From Rebecca billardiae RCC1528 (taxonomy: Eukaryota; Protista; Haptophyta): DNA of 64,000 nt. Within the stretch, counting starts at the first letter, position 1, and each line of letters opens with the position of its first letter. The stretch lies in contig OZ251234.1 in the NCBI GenBank assembly GCA_965240325.2, positions 1,612,001 to 1,676,000 of the forward strand, written 5' to 3'. The position numbers and the translations under genes were made by a program. The notes beneath the pieces are model-generated. The model was not told where the DNA came from, ran no database searches, and was given only the letters and a program-made list of their open reading frames with translations. This document shows, in pieces, positions 24,490 through 35,484 of this stretch.

Positions 24490-26016
24490 ATGGTGGCGGC
24501 CTCGGGCGCGGCCGCGCCATGCGCATCGAGCGCATGGACGCGCGCACGGGCGCGGCTCGTGGCGGCAGGCATCCTACTTGTCACCTCGGCTCCGCCAGCG
24601 CGGAGCACGAATCTTCGCAGCGGCCACCTCGCAGTCCCCGCGCTCCCCTGTCGCGCGTCGGCGCCCACCAATAGCACCGCACTCGGGCCCGCCGGCTGCC
24701 GGCGATTCGTGCGCACGCTGCCCGAGCACCTGCTCAAGCGGCACGTGGCATGGCGGGGCGTAGCGAAGCGCGGCTCGCGCAGCGCGGGCTCGATGATACG
24801 CCGGCTCTTCAGCGTGCTCAACTTTGACAAGAACGCGCTGCACCACTTTGCCGTCGCGCTCGGGCTGCCCACGCCGCGCAGGCTCGCGTGCGCGCCAACT
24901 CTTGCCGAGCTTCCGGCCGCGGTGCGCGCCGCGGGCGTCGAGCCCACGAGCGACTCGTTCGTGATCAAGAAGTCGCGAGGCACGAGCGCGCGGCAGGTGT
25001 TTGTCTTGCACCGCGGGCTCGAGCTGCTGCGCCAGCGCCGCATGTCCCTCGACGCGGTGCTGCGCGAGTTCTCCTCGGCCGCCACCGCGTTCCGGACGCT
25101 GCCCAACCAGACGTACTTCAGGCGTAGCGCCGACGGGGCGGACATCGACACGGTGACGTACGTGGCTGAGGAGCTCGTCTTCGACGGGGGCGCGCGTGCT
25201 GCCGCCGCCGGCCGCGACGCGCGGAGCCCGCCGCCCTTCGCCCGCGACGTCAAGCTCGCCGCGTTCGGCCGGACGGTGCCCTACATGGTGCACATGGCCA
25301 ACCGCACGGTGCGCGGCGCCGCGTTCGACAACTGCCTCATGTGCGAGCACACGGCGCACGGCTGCGTGCACCCGGGCGGCGCGGCGGTGGAGTGCTACCG
25401 CATCGATGAGCACCTGCGCTACCGCCGCGGCCGCCGCGTGATCAGGGACGATGTCGGGCTGCCCGCGAGCGCGCTGCTGCCGCCGCCGGCGCACGCGGGC
25501 GCGATGCGCGCGGTCGCCGAGCTGCTCGGCGGCGCCCTCGGCGCGTACGTGCGCGTGGACTTCTTCGAGGCGGCGCGCTGGCCGCTGCTCTCAGAGCTCA
25601 CGTTTTTCCCCGCCGCGCCCAAGCAGCGCGAGATGCCGGGCTGGGTGCAGGACCATCGCGCCGAGCTCGCGCAGCTGCTCGGCTCTTTCTGGCGGGGGCC
25701 AGAGGGCGGCGGCCCGCTGCCGCGCGCGCCGTGCTGGCTGCCACCGCGGTTCGAGGGCGTGCTCATGTCATGCGCGGGCCTGCGCGGGCGGAGCGTGGCG
25801 GAGCTGGGCGCTCGGTACTGCACGGCGCCCGCCGACGCGGAGGACTTGGACAAATGGCGGCGGGTGGCGGCAGGCATCGCCGCGGCGTACGCTCCACTCG
25901 GCCTGGCAGCGCGCAATGGCCGCGCGCCACCCAAGGCCGCCAAGGCGTCGCAGCCGTCCCGTGGACCCTACCGCCCACGGGCACGGCCCGTCGGCCGCAC
26001 AGGCGCCACGAGGTAG
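24490..26016 (+). CDS. TupA-like ATP-grasp protein with N-terminal hydrophobic segment
   Basis: DKNALHHFA...SFVIKKSRGTS...YVAEELV...DVKLAAFG...AELLGGALGAYVRVDFF...SELTFFP parallels the TupA ATP-grasp pattern (DK; FVIK; EE; DYK; VRVD; ELTF.P). Confidence 0.75.
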   Translation: MVAASGAAAPCASSAWTRARARLVAAGILLVTSAPPARSTNLRSGHLAVPALPCRASAPTNSTALGPAGCRRFVRTLPEHLLKRHVAWRGVAKRGSRSAGSMIRRLFSVLNFDKNALHHFAVALGLPTPRRLACAPTLAELPAAVRAAGVEPTSDSFVIKKSRGTSARQVFVLHRGLELLRQRRMSLDAVLREFSSAATAFRTLPNQTYFRRSADGADIDTVTYVAEELVFDGGARAAAAGRDARSPPPFARDVKLAAFGRTVPYMVHMANRTVRGAAFDNCLMCEHTAHGCVHPGGAAVECYRIDEHLRYRRGRRVIRDDVGLPASALLPPPAHAGAMRAVAELLGGALGAYVRVDFFEAARWPLLSELTFFPAAPKQREMPGWVQDHRAELAQLLGSFWRGPEGGGPLPRAPCWLPPRFEGVLMSCAGLRGRSVAELGARYCTAPADAEDLDKWRRVAAGIAAAYAPLGLAARNGRAPPKAAKASQPSRGPYRPRARPVGRTGATR

Positions 26017-26544
26017 TGGCGCCGAACCGGGTCCTCAGTGGCCAGAGGCCCAGAGGCCAGCCGCGTGGCGGAATCGTCGCACCGCCGGACTCGTCGCAAC
26101 AGTGCATCCGCATGATTCAATTTCGCGCGCGCCGGTCGGACTACCTTTTCGCTGCTGCTGTGTGCTGAGGGAGCGCGGCACGCAGTACCTGTGACTGAGT
26201 CCGACACTGTGGCTTTGGACTTTGGAGCCTGGCTAGTCGGCGGAAGAACTAGTGCGTCTACTAGTGGAAAGGGGGCCCACCTCGGGCACATGACATTTGA
26301 CCAATCGTGAAGACTGAAGATTGAAGAGTCCTGAAAGTAGTTAGCGCTCCGGACTCTGGACTCGCGAGTCGCGAGCAGTTGTTCCGGGACGCACCGGGAG
26401 ACAAGGGACTCCCTTGCGAGCGGGAGGGCAGCCATCATTCTCGTTCTCCCTTCGGGTTCCGAGGCACGGCGCGCGCACTCGCGCAGCGACGTAGGTTCGA
26501 TCGCCCTCGGCGCCGCGCGCATCGCCAAAGCGGGCGGCGGCGGC

Positions 26545-26937
26545 ATGCCGGAGAAGGTGGGCGTGCCGATCAAGATCCTGCACGAGGCGGAGGGCCACAC
26601 CGTCACGATCGAGCTCAAGTCAGGCGAAGTATTCCGCGGGAAGCTCGACGAGGCGGAGGACAACATGAACTGCCAGATGAGCTCAGTCACTCGCACCGCG
26701 CGTGATGGCAAGGTGACGACGCTCTCAGCGTGCTTCCTGCGCGGCTCGCAGGTGCGATTCATCATCATGCCGGACATCCTCAAGAACGCGCCGGTCTTTA
26801 AGAAGGTCGCCGACGCGAAGGCGGCAAAGGTGGGCGCCGGCAAGCAGCGCAAACTGGCTGCGGCCAAGGCAAAGGCAGCTGCTGCGAAGGGGCGCGGCGG
26901 CGGCGCGGGCGGGCGGCCACCGCCGCCAACACGGTAG
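26545..26937 (+). CDS. SNRPD3: Small nuclear ribonucleoprotein Sm D3
   Basis: [39 protein letters not shown]...[18 protein letters not shown], with a basic/Gly tail. Intronless. Confidence 0.97.
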   Translation: MPEKVGVPIKILHEAEGHTVTIELKSGEVFRGKLDEAEDNMNCQMSSVTRTARDGKVTTLSACFLRGSQVRFIIMPDILKNAPVFKKVADAKAAKVGAGKQRKLAAAKAKAAAAKGRGGGAGGRPPPPTR

Positions 26938-27241
26938 ATGTCAACGCATCGGATGCCATGGGTCGTGGCTATGCAGCACCAGGCACGCCGCACCAATGTG
27001 CCATTGTCTGTGATCTGGCAACGCGTGTGTTGTGAGGTGATGGTATGCCGGCCACTCTCGGCACCAGCGATGGCGGACCCTGGCATCGACACTCGTGTCG
27101 CAGGGTGTGTGGCCCGCCTTCTCTGCGAAGCGGAGCAGCGCACACCCGGAGCCGTTGTCAACAAGTCGGCGGGGTCGCGCTGACCACGTGGCGCTCGAGG
27201 TGATCGATACGCGATGTGACGCTCCCGGGGCCGGGCCCGGC

Positions 27242-27272
27242 GGTCAGAGTGGCCACGGTGGCCACTCTGACC
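27242..27272. repeat. Palindrome with perfect 15-bp arms (GGTCAGAGTGGCCAC-g-GTGGCCACTCTGACC)
   Basis: Read directly from the sequence; imperfect GC-rich extension on both sides (~27225-27290). Confidence 0.9.
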
Positions 27273-27644
27273 CTCGCCGGCCCGGGGCCACTTATCGTCC
27301 CGCCTGATATGATGAGTATGATCCAGACACCAGAGTCGTCCAAGTCAACGCGACATGCCGCGAGTCAGCACCGCTGACGAGCCATGCGCGCTATCTAAGC
27401 AGCAGTACTATTCATCATATATATATTACCGGAAGGCGCTCGGCCGCGGCGGCATCTGCCGTCGCCGCCGCGTGCCCCAGCCCCAGGCCGAGGCGGTGCT
27501 CCATCCCGCCCCCGCTCCCGTAGGGGGGCAGGGCTGCGGGTGGCGCACTGCCTGACCTGGTCGGAAGGCGCGGACGCATTCTATATGTGTCTGCTGCACT
27601 CTGACTAGTCTGAGCCTGACGCTTGCCCGTTGCATACCACGTCG

Positions 27645-27699
27645 TTAAATATATATATATATAATATTAATTAGTTAATAACATAATATATATATATAT
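27645..27699. repeat. AT-rich (TA)n microsatellite tract
   Basis: ttaaatatatatatatataatattaattagttaataacataatatatatatatat between the convergent SmD3 and GT92-like genes. Confidence 0.85.
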
Positions 27700-27883
27700 G
27701 CTACTCGCGCACGGCTCGTGGGACCGTCGTCGCGCCATCGGTTGCCGTCAGCGGTCGGATATGCGCAATGGTCAGCCTGCCTGCCGCCGATCAACGATGA
27801 TACACTGCGACGCGCGCGTTTGCTCGGTAAGCGGGCTCACTGCTCGGACAAGATTCCCGCACAGGCAGCGGCTGCTCGGAAAG

Positions 27884-29215
27884 TTATAGAGAGTGCACCG
27901 TAGGGTCCGTAGTCGTCGTCGGCGACTTGCGCCGTCGTCGCAGTCGTCGTCGTCTCGAACTCGTCAACATCGTCGGCGTAGGAGTCGGATTCGAACGACT
28001 GGCGTTGGTCTCCAACCAGCTGTTCATCCTGACCGGTACGACCGGCACCCGCTCGGCAAGCCGTGGCCACACGTAGCGCACTTGCGACTCTGTCGCCTCT
28101 GCCGCGGCCCCGAGGCCCCGGACGGTAGCCATGGCCTTCCCCTGCGCTTTGCATATATTCCCCGGCGCTCGGTGCCCACGCCCGCCGCCGAGAGGCCTAG
28201 TAGCGGCGCGGCCATGCCCGTGCCGGTACGACTTGAGCAGGCACTCGGCGTGAGACCGCGTGTTGTAGTGGTACAGCTGCAGGCCGCTGTATTCGGTGAG
28301 CAGGCGATCCGTGTATGGCTCCACGCCCTCGGGCCACTTCCCTCCCGCCGCCTCGAACATTCGCAGTCCTCTCTCGGCGGGGCCGAACGAGCACAACGTG
28401 GAGCCCCCGAGCATGGTCGTGGGCGCTGGGTAAGTAGGCATTGAGCTGTTGCCAACATCAGCCGGTGGGAAATGCTCGATCACTTTGTGCACCGACGCGC
28501 CCACGCCCAAACCTACGCGAATGATCGGCTTTCCCTGGCACACGGCGTACGGCCGCCCGTCGGCTCGGGTCTGTACTCGCACGTACGCACGAGGCTCGAA
28601 GAAGAAGGGCCCCAGCTTGGCCGTGGGTGGCACCAGCATCTCATGTGCACCGCTGGAGTTTCGCACCTCGTTGAAGAATTGTCTGGGCATGATCATGCCC
28701 TTGATGTGAGCGGGCACGCCGCTGAGCGCCGAGTCCAAGCTCCACGCGTTCCAGTCGTCGTGTCCGCTCTGCGGGGCGCCGAGGTGCATGTACTCGTCGC
28801 CGTCGATGAACGTAAGCCAATCCACGTCCTGCTTTTGTTCCGTCGTACGGATGCAGTGGCCGCGGAGGTCGTCCTGGTTCCGGAGGCGCATGCTCGACCA
28901 GGGCAGCACACGTATGTACGACCGCCATGACCGCAGCGATCTGATCCACGGGACGCTTTCGGCTGGATCCGCTGTGCGGTCGTCGATGTACACCCACACG
29001 CTCTCAACGCCAATCAGCCGATGGTAGGCGAGGTGGTGAAAGAGCGTGTGCTTCTCGTACTCGTAGAGTACGCACATGCATATGCGTACCGACGTTGAAT
29101 TCCAGCGACCGCGCGATGCGCCATGGCTGGAAGCGCGTTCGGCGGGCGCCGACGCTGCCAGAGCGGCCAGCAGCACGATCGCCGCCAAACGGGTGGCAGT
29201 CGTCGGCATTGCCAT
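27884..29215 (-). CDS. Secreted/Golgi glycosyltransferase, GT92/GT-A-like
   Basis: Signal-like MAMPTTATRLAAIVLLAALAASAPA; ICMCVLYE, HLAYHRLIGVESVWVYID, DWLTFIDGDEY (DxD), LYHYNTRS. Confidence 0.75.
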   Translation of the reverse strand: MAMPTTATRLAAIVLLAALAASAPAERASSHGASRGRWNSTSVRICMCVLYEYEKHTLFHHLAYHRLIGVESVWVYIDDRTADPAESVPWIRSLRSWRSYIRVLPWSSMRLRNQDDLRGHCIRTTEQKQDVDWLTFIDGDEYMHLGAPQSGHDDWNAWSLDSALSGVPAHIKGMIMPRQFFNEVRNSSGAHEMLVPPTAKLGPFFFEPRAYVRVQTRADGRPYAVCQGKPIIRVGLGVGASVHKVIEHFPPADVGNSSMPTYPAPTTMLGGSTLCSFGPAERGLRMFEAAGGKWPEGVEPYTDRLLTEYSGLQLYHYNTRSHAECLLKSYRHGHGRAATRPLGGGRGHRAPGNICKAQGKAMATVRGLGAAAEATESQVRYVWPRLAERVPVVPVRMNSWLETNASRSNPTPTPTMLTSSRRRRLRRRRKSPTTTTDPTVHSL

Positions 29216-29252
29216 CGGCCCAGAAATAAAGCAGCGGAATCGGCGGTCCATA

Positions 29253-31515
29253 CAGGTGCTATGGCCTATTTCTGGACGGAAAATCCAAGTAGCTCTCACG
29301 TCCAGCCATGGCGGACTAGCCCGCCCACGATGCCACCACGCCAACCAGCGTGGAGTTAAAGGTAGGCACACGAAGTCTCATCGTCATCGGCCATCGCGTT
29401 GGTGAGCAACGTGCTCGACTTCGTCATAGCCCAGATCTGGGCACATGCCGTTTTCTGGACAAACCGTGGACGTGCGGTCGTGAAGCTGTGCGCGCATGTT
29501 GGTGGGCCAGGAATGCTTGAGACCGGACAGGAAGGGCCGCAGTAGCTCGCTGGACTTACTTGACGACCTAGTCCAGGCATATACCACGCGTTCTCTGCTC
29601 CACTAGTCCATTCACCTGCGTTCGGTGCCTGGCACATGCTACGCGTTCTCACAAAGCACCCGCGTTGTCATGCAGCTATCTGATAGCTCAGCTCTGCACG
29701 CGATCAGTCTCATCAGCCGACCATGTGCTAGATCACCAGTTCTGTGAGCCCACGCCCTCCTGCGACAGCGTCGCCACCCACTCCGGGGTAACCGTGCGCT
29801 GCTGCGCGCGGCCTGAAGCGGCGCGCCGTCGGCGTCGGCATGCCATGACGCCCCTGTGTCCGGATGCCGCTCGGCGCGGAGCACCGTGACCGGCCGTGAC
29901 ACACGAGACAGACGAGTACCCGAGCAGTCTCGTCCCGGCCGATCATCTATCAAAGACTAGGCGTGTCATCACTCCGCTGCGGCGAGTCGTTAACGACAGC
30001 TACCCCCGTGATACAAACCTACTGCTAGGGTCTAAGCGTCATCCATCGTGATCGTCGTGTCGATACTCGATGTCGATGACAGCCTCCGAAGGCGCACCCA
30101 CGAGATGCGGCTGGCACTTCTGCTTCTTCCATGCCGTCTTCTGCACGCGCCTGCAATGCGGACAGAAGTGATGCGTCCGGCACGTGCACGTCGCGGCCGA
30201 ATCTGCGCCGCACGCGCATGGCTCAGCCGAGTTGGCGCGCGCCCTCTCGCAGGCCTTGAAGGCGCGCTCGAGCGCATCGCGCTGGTCGACGTTCGCAGCT
30301 GCCGCGGCCTCGGTCTCGGCGCGCCGTGCCGCCTTCGCAGCGCGCTTTGCCTCGGCATCGGCGGCCGCCGTCACAGCCGCCTCATCGGCTGCCTCCTGGC
30401 CCTCGAGGAAGCAGACCAGCTCGGCCGAACCGAACTTCTCCTTGTTTGCGCGCTTCCGGCCGCCCTCGACCTTCTTGCCCACGACGTCGAACGGCAGCAG
30501 CGCCTCCGCCTCCTCGGCGTTGGGCATCTTGACCGTCGTCTCGTGCCACTTGATCTGAGCACGGAGGCTCTCGATCACCGTCTGCTGCTCGGAGAGACGG
30601 TGATGCAGGTCGAGCGTCGAGCCGGCACGGTGGGTGGAGGACACGGGCGTGTACTCGGCCGGGATGCCACCGGCGCCGTAGTCGATCGCGCGGCGCACCG
30701 CACCGCGGTGGCCGGCGCCCTCCGCGGCCGCGGGAGCAGCCTCGAACACGCGCTCGGGGTTGAGCAGCAGATCGGCGACCGCGAACTTGTCCTGCTGCAT
30801 CAAGCCGATGTCGACGCCGCTCGCGGTGATGCCGCAGCGCTTGAAGGCGCCGATGACGCTCTCTTTCTTACAGAAGCCCTCCCACGAGTGCCCAGGAAAA
30901 GGAGGAAGTCGCGCTTCGAGAGAGACTTCTTCGCGCCCTCGCCCGCGCCGCGTCGCCGCCCCTCCTCGGCCGAGTCGTCGCCCCCGTCGCCGTCGTCGTC
31001 GCTGCCGCCCTCATCATCGTCGTCATCGCCGTCGCCGTCGACTGCGTCCTCGAGGTTGATCTCATCGTCGCCGAGATCGGCGCGCACCTCGCGCATGCGC
31101 TGCGCGAGCAGCTTCGACTGCTGGTAGCGCGCCCACTTCTTGGTACTCACCGAGCAGTAGTAGTGCAGCACCTGGTTGATCTGGTCGAGCGGCTGCGTCA
31201 GCCCCGTTGTGTCCGGCGGGCTGAGGTAGACGTGATGAAGGCGGGCCACCGATCCGAGCTGATCGCGCGGTCGACCGCGCCCTTCGCACGCCCCGCGTCT
31301 GCCTCATCGCGGCACCACTTCAGCGCCGTGCGCAGCTGCCGCTGCTTCTCGTCGTGGTTGGACTTGTTGATGGCGTACTCCGCCTGGTTCCGGGGGTTGG
31401 CGATGCGCGCTGCTGGCGTCTTGCGCCGCTTGGCGGGCGACTCGTCGGTGCGCTTCACCATGGCCACGCGCTTGTCCAGAAAACGGCATCGTCCAGAAAT
31501 AGGCCATAGCACCTG
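29253..31515 (-). mobile_element. pogo-type (Tc1/mariner superfamily) DNA transposon, internally deleted, 2,263 bp
   Basis: Perfect 26-bp TIRs CAGGTGCTATGGCCTATTTCTGGACG (29253-29278 and 31490-31515), TA on both flanks (29251-2, 31516-7), DDE_1-type transposase remnant inside. Confidence 0.93.
30039..31461 (-). pseudogene. Disrupted pogo/DDE_1 transposase
   Basis: N-terminus MVKRTDESPAKRRK (NLS-like) joined out of frame to YLSPPDTTGLTQPLDQ (P.TT..QPLD motif). Further frameshift near 30890 into SWEGFCKKESVIGAFKRCGI. Cys-rich C-terminus CACG..CTC..FCPHC. Confidence 0.85.
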
Positions 31516-33288
31516 TACAAAGGAATAGAAGGTCCATAAAAGGGGAATCACGCCCGAGACCAAATCATTCATCTGCGGCAACACCTGCCACCGTACAGTG
31601 ACGGTATGTTTGACTCGCGTGAAGCCGGCATAGGTGGGTGCGGCCGCCCGGCGAAGCCGCACGAAGCCGGTGAAGCGGGCGCGCGGTGGCCACGGTCGCG
31701 GCGATCCGCGCAGTCTAGCGGGTGGCGAGGCGACAGTGGGCGCGTCCCAGTCGGTCGCCGACGTGCCGCGCCCTGCCGACCAGCCGCCTTGACGCGATGG
31801 CCCGCCGACCCCCGGCGTCCGCCTGGGCCACGTGCACGCGGCGATTTGAATGAGGCGCGCGCTGCCGGCTGGCAAGGAATTCGACGAGGGCGAGGACGAG
31901 GGTGATGAGGAATGGATGGCCGTAGACACTGTGAGCGCTGGCCTCTCTGCTGACTCCAGAGCGCCGCACGCGCACACGTGCAAGCACCCGTCTGGCGCGC
32001 CTCCGCATGGCAGAAGGCGGATCGTCCTGTGGTGAAGTGATCCGGAGATACCTGGCGTTGAGTCGCCCCCTTCGGCGGAGGCAAGTTGGCGAGGAGTGTG
32101 TGCCGACCCGTGCTTCGCCGCGGACCCGTCCGCGTGTGGCCCCGCGACGTGTGGTCTCGCTGCGCCCCCGCCCAGCATTGCTTGGTGCCTGGCTGCGGCG
32201 CAGGCGCAGGGCTACCTGGCCGCACGCTCGTCAGCAACGGGCTGACGCGGCGACCTGCGGCTCCAAATGGCAGCAGCGGCGGGGTGGTGGTGGAAGAGCG
32301 CCATGCCTTACATAGCCACGGTGTGCGGTCGGCAGGTGCCATCGCCAGTGACCGCCGAGCGGCGACGGCTGAGCTGAGCTGCATGGCGACTGCGGAGCCC
32401 GCCGAGCGTCGAGCCGCGCGCCGCGCCCGGTCGCCCGAATCGGCGGCGGGGGCAATCGCCTGGACGGAGTCGGCAGCCTCAGCCCTGCTCGGTTGGTCCG
32501 CTCACCCCGCTGCTGCCAGCAAGGAGACTGTGCGCTTAGGCTGGCGCACATGAGACAGTATACGTATGATCGTCGCCGTGCGGTGAATCTCTGGCTGCCC
32601 GCGCGCGTGGCGGTGCGCATGCACGGTGGGCGGGCTGATCTGTGATCATCAAGGTCACAGATTCCGCCCGATGTTGCTCAATGGCGGCTGACCGTGGGGG
32701 TGACTGTGGAGCTGGGGGTGGGAGGTGGGGCATGACGCTCTCCTACTCTTGCCGCAAGGTCCCTCGCGGTCGTCCCGCGCAGCGATTCCCGCACTCGCCC
32801 CTCGCCGGCATCACGCGCCCTCAGCGCCGCTGCGCGGCGGCGCGCCCAACCCAGCCGGGCGGGGCACGCGCTCGCGTTTGCTCCCGCCTCGCCCTCGAGA
32901 CGAGCGCGGGCGGCGGGCTCCTCCTCCTCCTCCTCTTTCCTCCTCCTGTTCCTCCTCCTCTTGCGCGCGCCGGCGCCGGCGGGGCGGCTCCTCCTCCTCC
33001 TCCTCCTCATCCTCATCCTCGCCGGCGCCGCGGCCGCCGGCAGCGGCGGCGCCGCCGGTGCCGCCGCCGGAGAGGGGCCGCCGAGGGCCAAGAGGGGCGG
33101 GAGGGGCGGCAAGGAGCCGCGGCCTGGAATGACCTGCGCGAGCACGGGTGTCGCCGATGGCGACGGCTGTCGCCGGCTGTCGCCGATGGCGACGGCGCCG
33201 GTGCGAAGGGCAGCACGGACGGTCGCGGGCGCGTCGGTATGAGCCTGCACACGGCAGGCGAGTACAGCTAGTAAGCACCGGCACGTCG

Positions 33289-35484
33289 CAGGGTTCGAGA
33301 ATTTGATGTACCAAATGCTCCGGCGTTTGGTTTGTAGTACAAATATTTGTAGGAAACTTTGGGTCCAAAGATGTGCCCGGACCCAAAGTCCCAACACAGC
33401 TTTGGCCTTCCCGGACTGGGAACGTACGTAGCTGCGTAGTAGTAGGCTCGAAGCGCTTTCGTGGAGCGGAGGCCGATGTCGATCTACACGCATCTGCGCC
33501 TGGTGGTGAACAAGCAGACCGGTGCCCGGTGCGCGGAGGAGGACGTGCTTAAGTCGATCGTGGAGCAGGTTGGCATCGACAAGCTCAAGTCCGAGGACTG
33601 GTCGACGGCCAGGGCTGCACACGACAAGCTCGTCGAGCTGCTGCACGCGGCGCGCGTCACGACGGAGCCGAGCCCCAAGACGAACCTGCGGGCTTGCTGC
33701 ACGTGGTGCGGAGCGACGCGCACGCACAACGTGACCGAATGGTCGGTCCACGTCGCCTCGAACTGCTCGCCGTGCCATCCTCTCCGCCAGGAGTGCGCCT
33801 CGAAGATGGTGAACTCGAAGTCGGCGAACCGCAACCTGGGCAACGCGAAGAGGGAGAAGGTGCTCGCGATCAGCAACGAGGCGGAGGCCGAGGCGAACAA
33901 GGCCAAACAGGCAAGGCTGTCAGGCGCGGGCAGCTCTTCCGCTGAGCCGATCCGGCTCGATGGCTCGTCCTCGACGGCGCGCCAGATGCCGCTCGCGAAC
34001 TTCCTCGACCGCCAGCTCACGGACGCGGAGGTCAAGGAGATCGACCTGGAGCTGGCGAGGTGGTGCTACGCGGAGGGCATCTCGTTCAACGCGATGGCAT
34101 CCGAGCGGCTTCGCAAGGCGCTCACCAAGCTCAACAGCACGTGGGTCGCGAAGACGCGGCTGACCGACTGGAACCTCCGCCACTCCCTGCTCGACGACAT
34201 CGCGGAGGAGCAGGCGATCGCGGCGGCTTGTTGAGCAGCTCCGACGAGGCGCCGGCTGATGAGTAGGATGTCGACGATGGCGATAACTGACTCCGCTGAT
34301 CGCGTCACGTCGCCTGACTCAGCGCTGGGCGCCGAGCCGGACCGGGCTGCTGTGGGAGTCCGGTTGCGACCGGATTGCGGGTGTGGCTCCCGGACCCAAA
34401 GATGAAAGATCGGCACCCCAAAGCCCACGGGGAATCTTTGTATTTGTATCCCCTTACCGCAGTCTGCTTCTATACGAAGCAGATTTGGGTGGGCGGCGGC
34501 GTGGGAGCGCTGGGCGCGCAGGTAGACGGCGCGAGCGGGCGCGCGCACGCTTGGGGGCATCTTTGGGACCATACCCATCGATGACCCGAGCCTCGCCGCC
34601 ACCGCCCTTCCCCTTCTCCCGTGCCACGGCGTCCAGACGGAGTGCCAAACGAGCGTTTGAACATGCCACGAAGCAGATTTGGAATGGTGCTCAAACCGCT
34701 GCGGAGGTGATCGTCAGGCTGCGGCGTGAGGCTGGGAGGGGTATCATAACGTAATGGATGACGGTCGTCACCCGTGCGCCGGTCGGTAGGCTGCTACTCA
34801 GCGCCCGTAGGCTCGTACGCTGCACCTCGAGCTCAAGATCCCTCACCGTGGGCTCCGCGCGAGTGACACTGAGCACGAGGAGGGTGTACTTGCGAGGGGT
34901 ACGCGCGTCGCGCCTGCGATCGACGCCAGGACAAGCGAAGAAGCGATACCACCACTCCCGCGAAGCGCCTGCCTGACTTGCACTCGGTGTACACACTGCG
35001 TGCGGCGTGCCGCAAGGAAGGAGCCCGACCTGTGCCTCAGCGTGTCCCGCGCGGCTGGCTGGTGGGCACTTTCAACGTGATCGGTCATGCGAACGCGCGC
35101 AGAGTAACGCGCGCAGTATGTACACTGTCTACAATCATCTTTGTCAGTCGCCCACGTGCTTGAAGCGGCTGCAAGGAGTGCAGCCGGGTGTCGCGGGCCA
35201 GTCGAGCGCCCAGCCAGCACGACGGCAGCTCGGCGCCGCCGCGCGTTGCCATCGTGGAGGCGGTGAAGCTGGAGGTACTAGGCTGGCGGCTGTCTGAGGG
35301 TAGCTAGACCATGCCTGGGCACTCTCAAGCAGTGTTCAACGCCCAGGCGCGCGTGGGTGGGCCGCAAAGCGCGCGCAGCGGCCGCCGTCAAATCTGCTTC
35401 CATACGAAGCAGATTGAACTGCGGTAAGGGGATACAAAGTTTGTACCCCAAACGGTTTGTACCAAATCTTTGTCTCGAACCCTG
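33289..35484 (+). mobile_element. hAT-superfamily DNA transposon, non-autonomous, 2,196 bp
   Basis: 12-bp TIRs CAGGGTTCGAGA / TCTCGAACCCTG. Exact 8-bp TSD GCACGTCG at 33281-33288 and 35485-35492. Truncated hAT transposase inside. Confidence 0.95.
33476..34234 (+). pseudogene. Truncated hAT transposase (BED-like zinc finger and N-terminal region, catalytic domain missing)
   Basis: ACCTWCG...WSVHVASNC zinc finger; IDLELARWCYAEGISFNAMASERLRKAL resembles the hAT 'ARFFY.NG.PFN' segment. Stops before any DDE residues. Confidence 0.82.

Noticed and set aside
24324-25253. N-terminal ~310 aa of the 1014-aa kinesin ORF
   Set aside because: Antisense to the ATP-grasp gene; the kinesin more plausibly starts at 24323.
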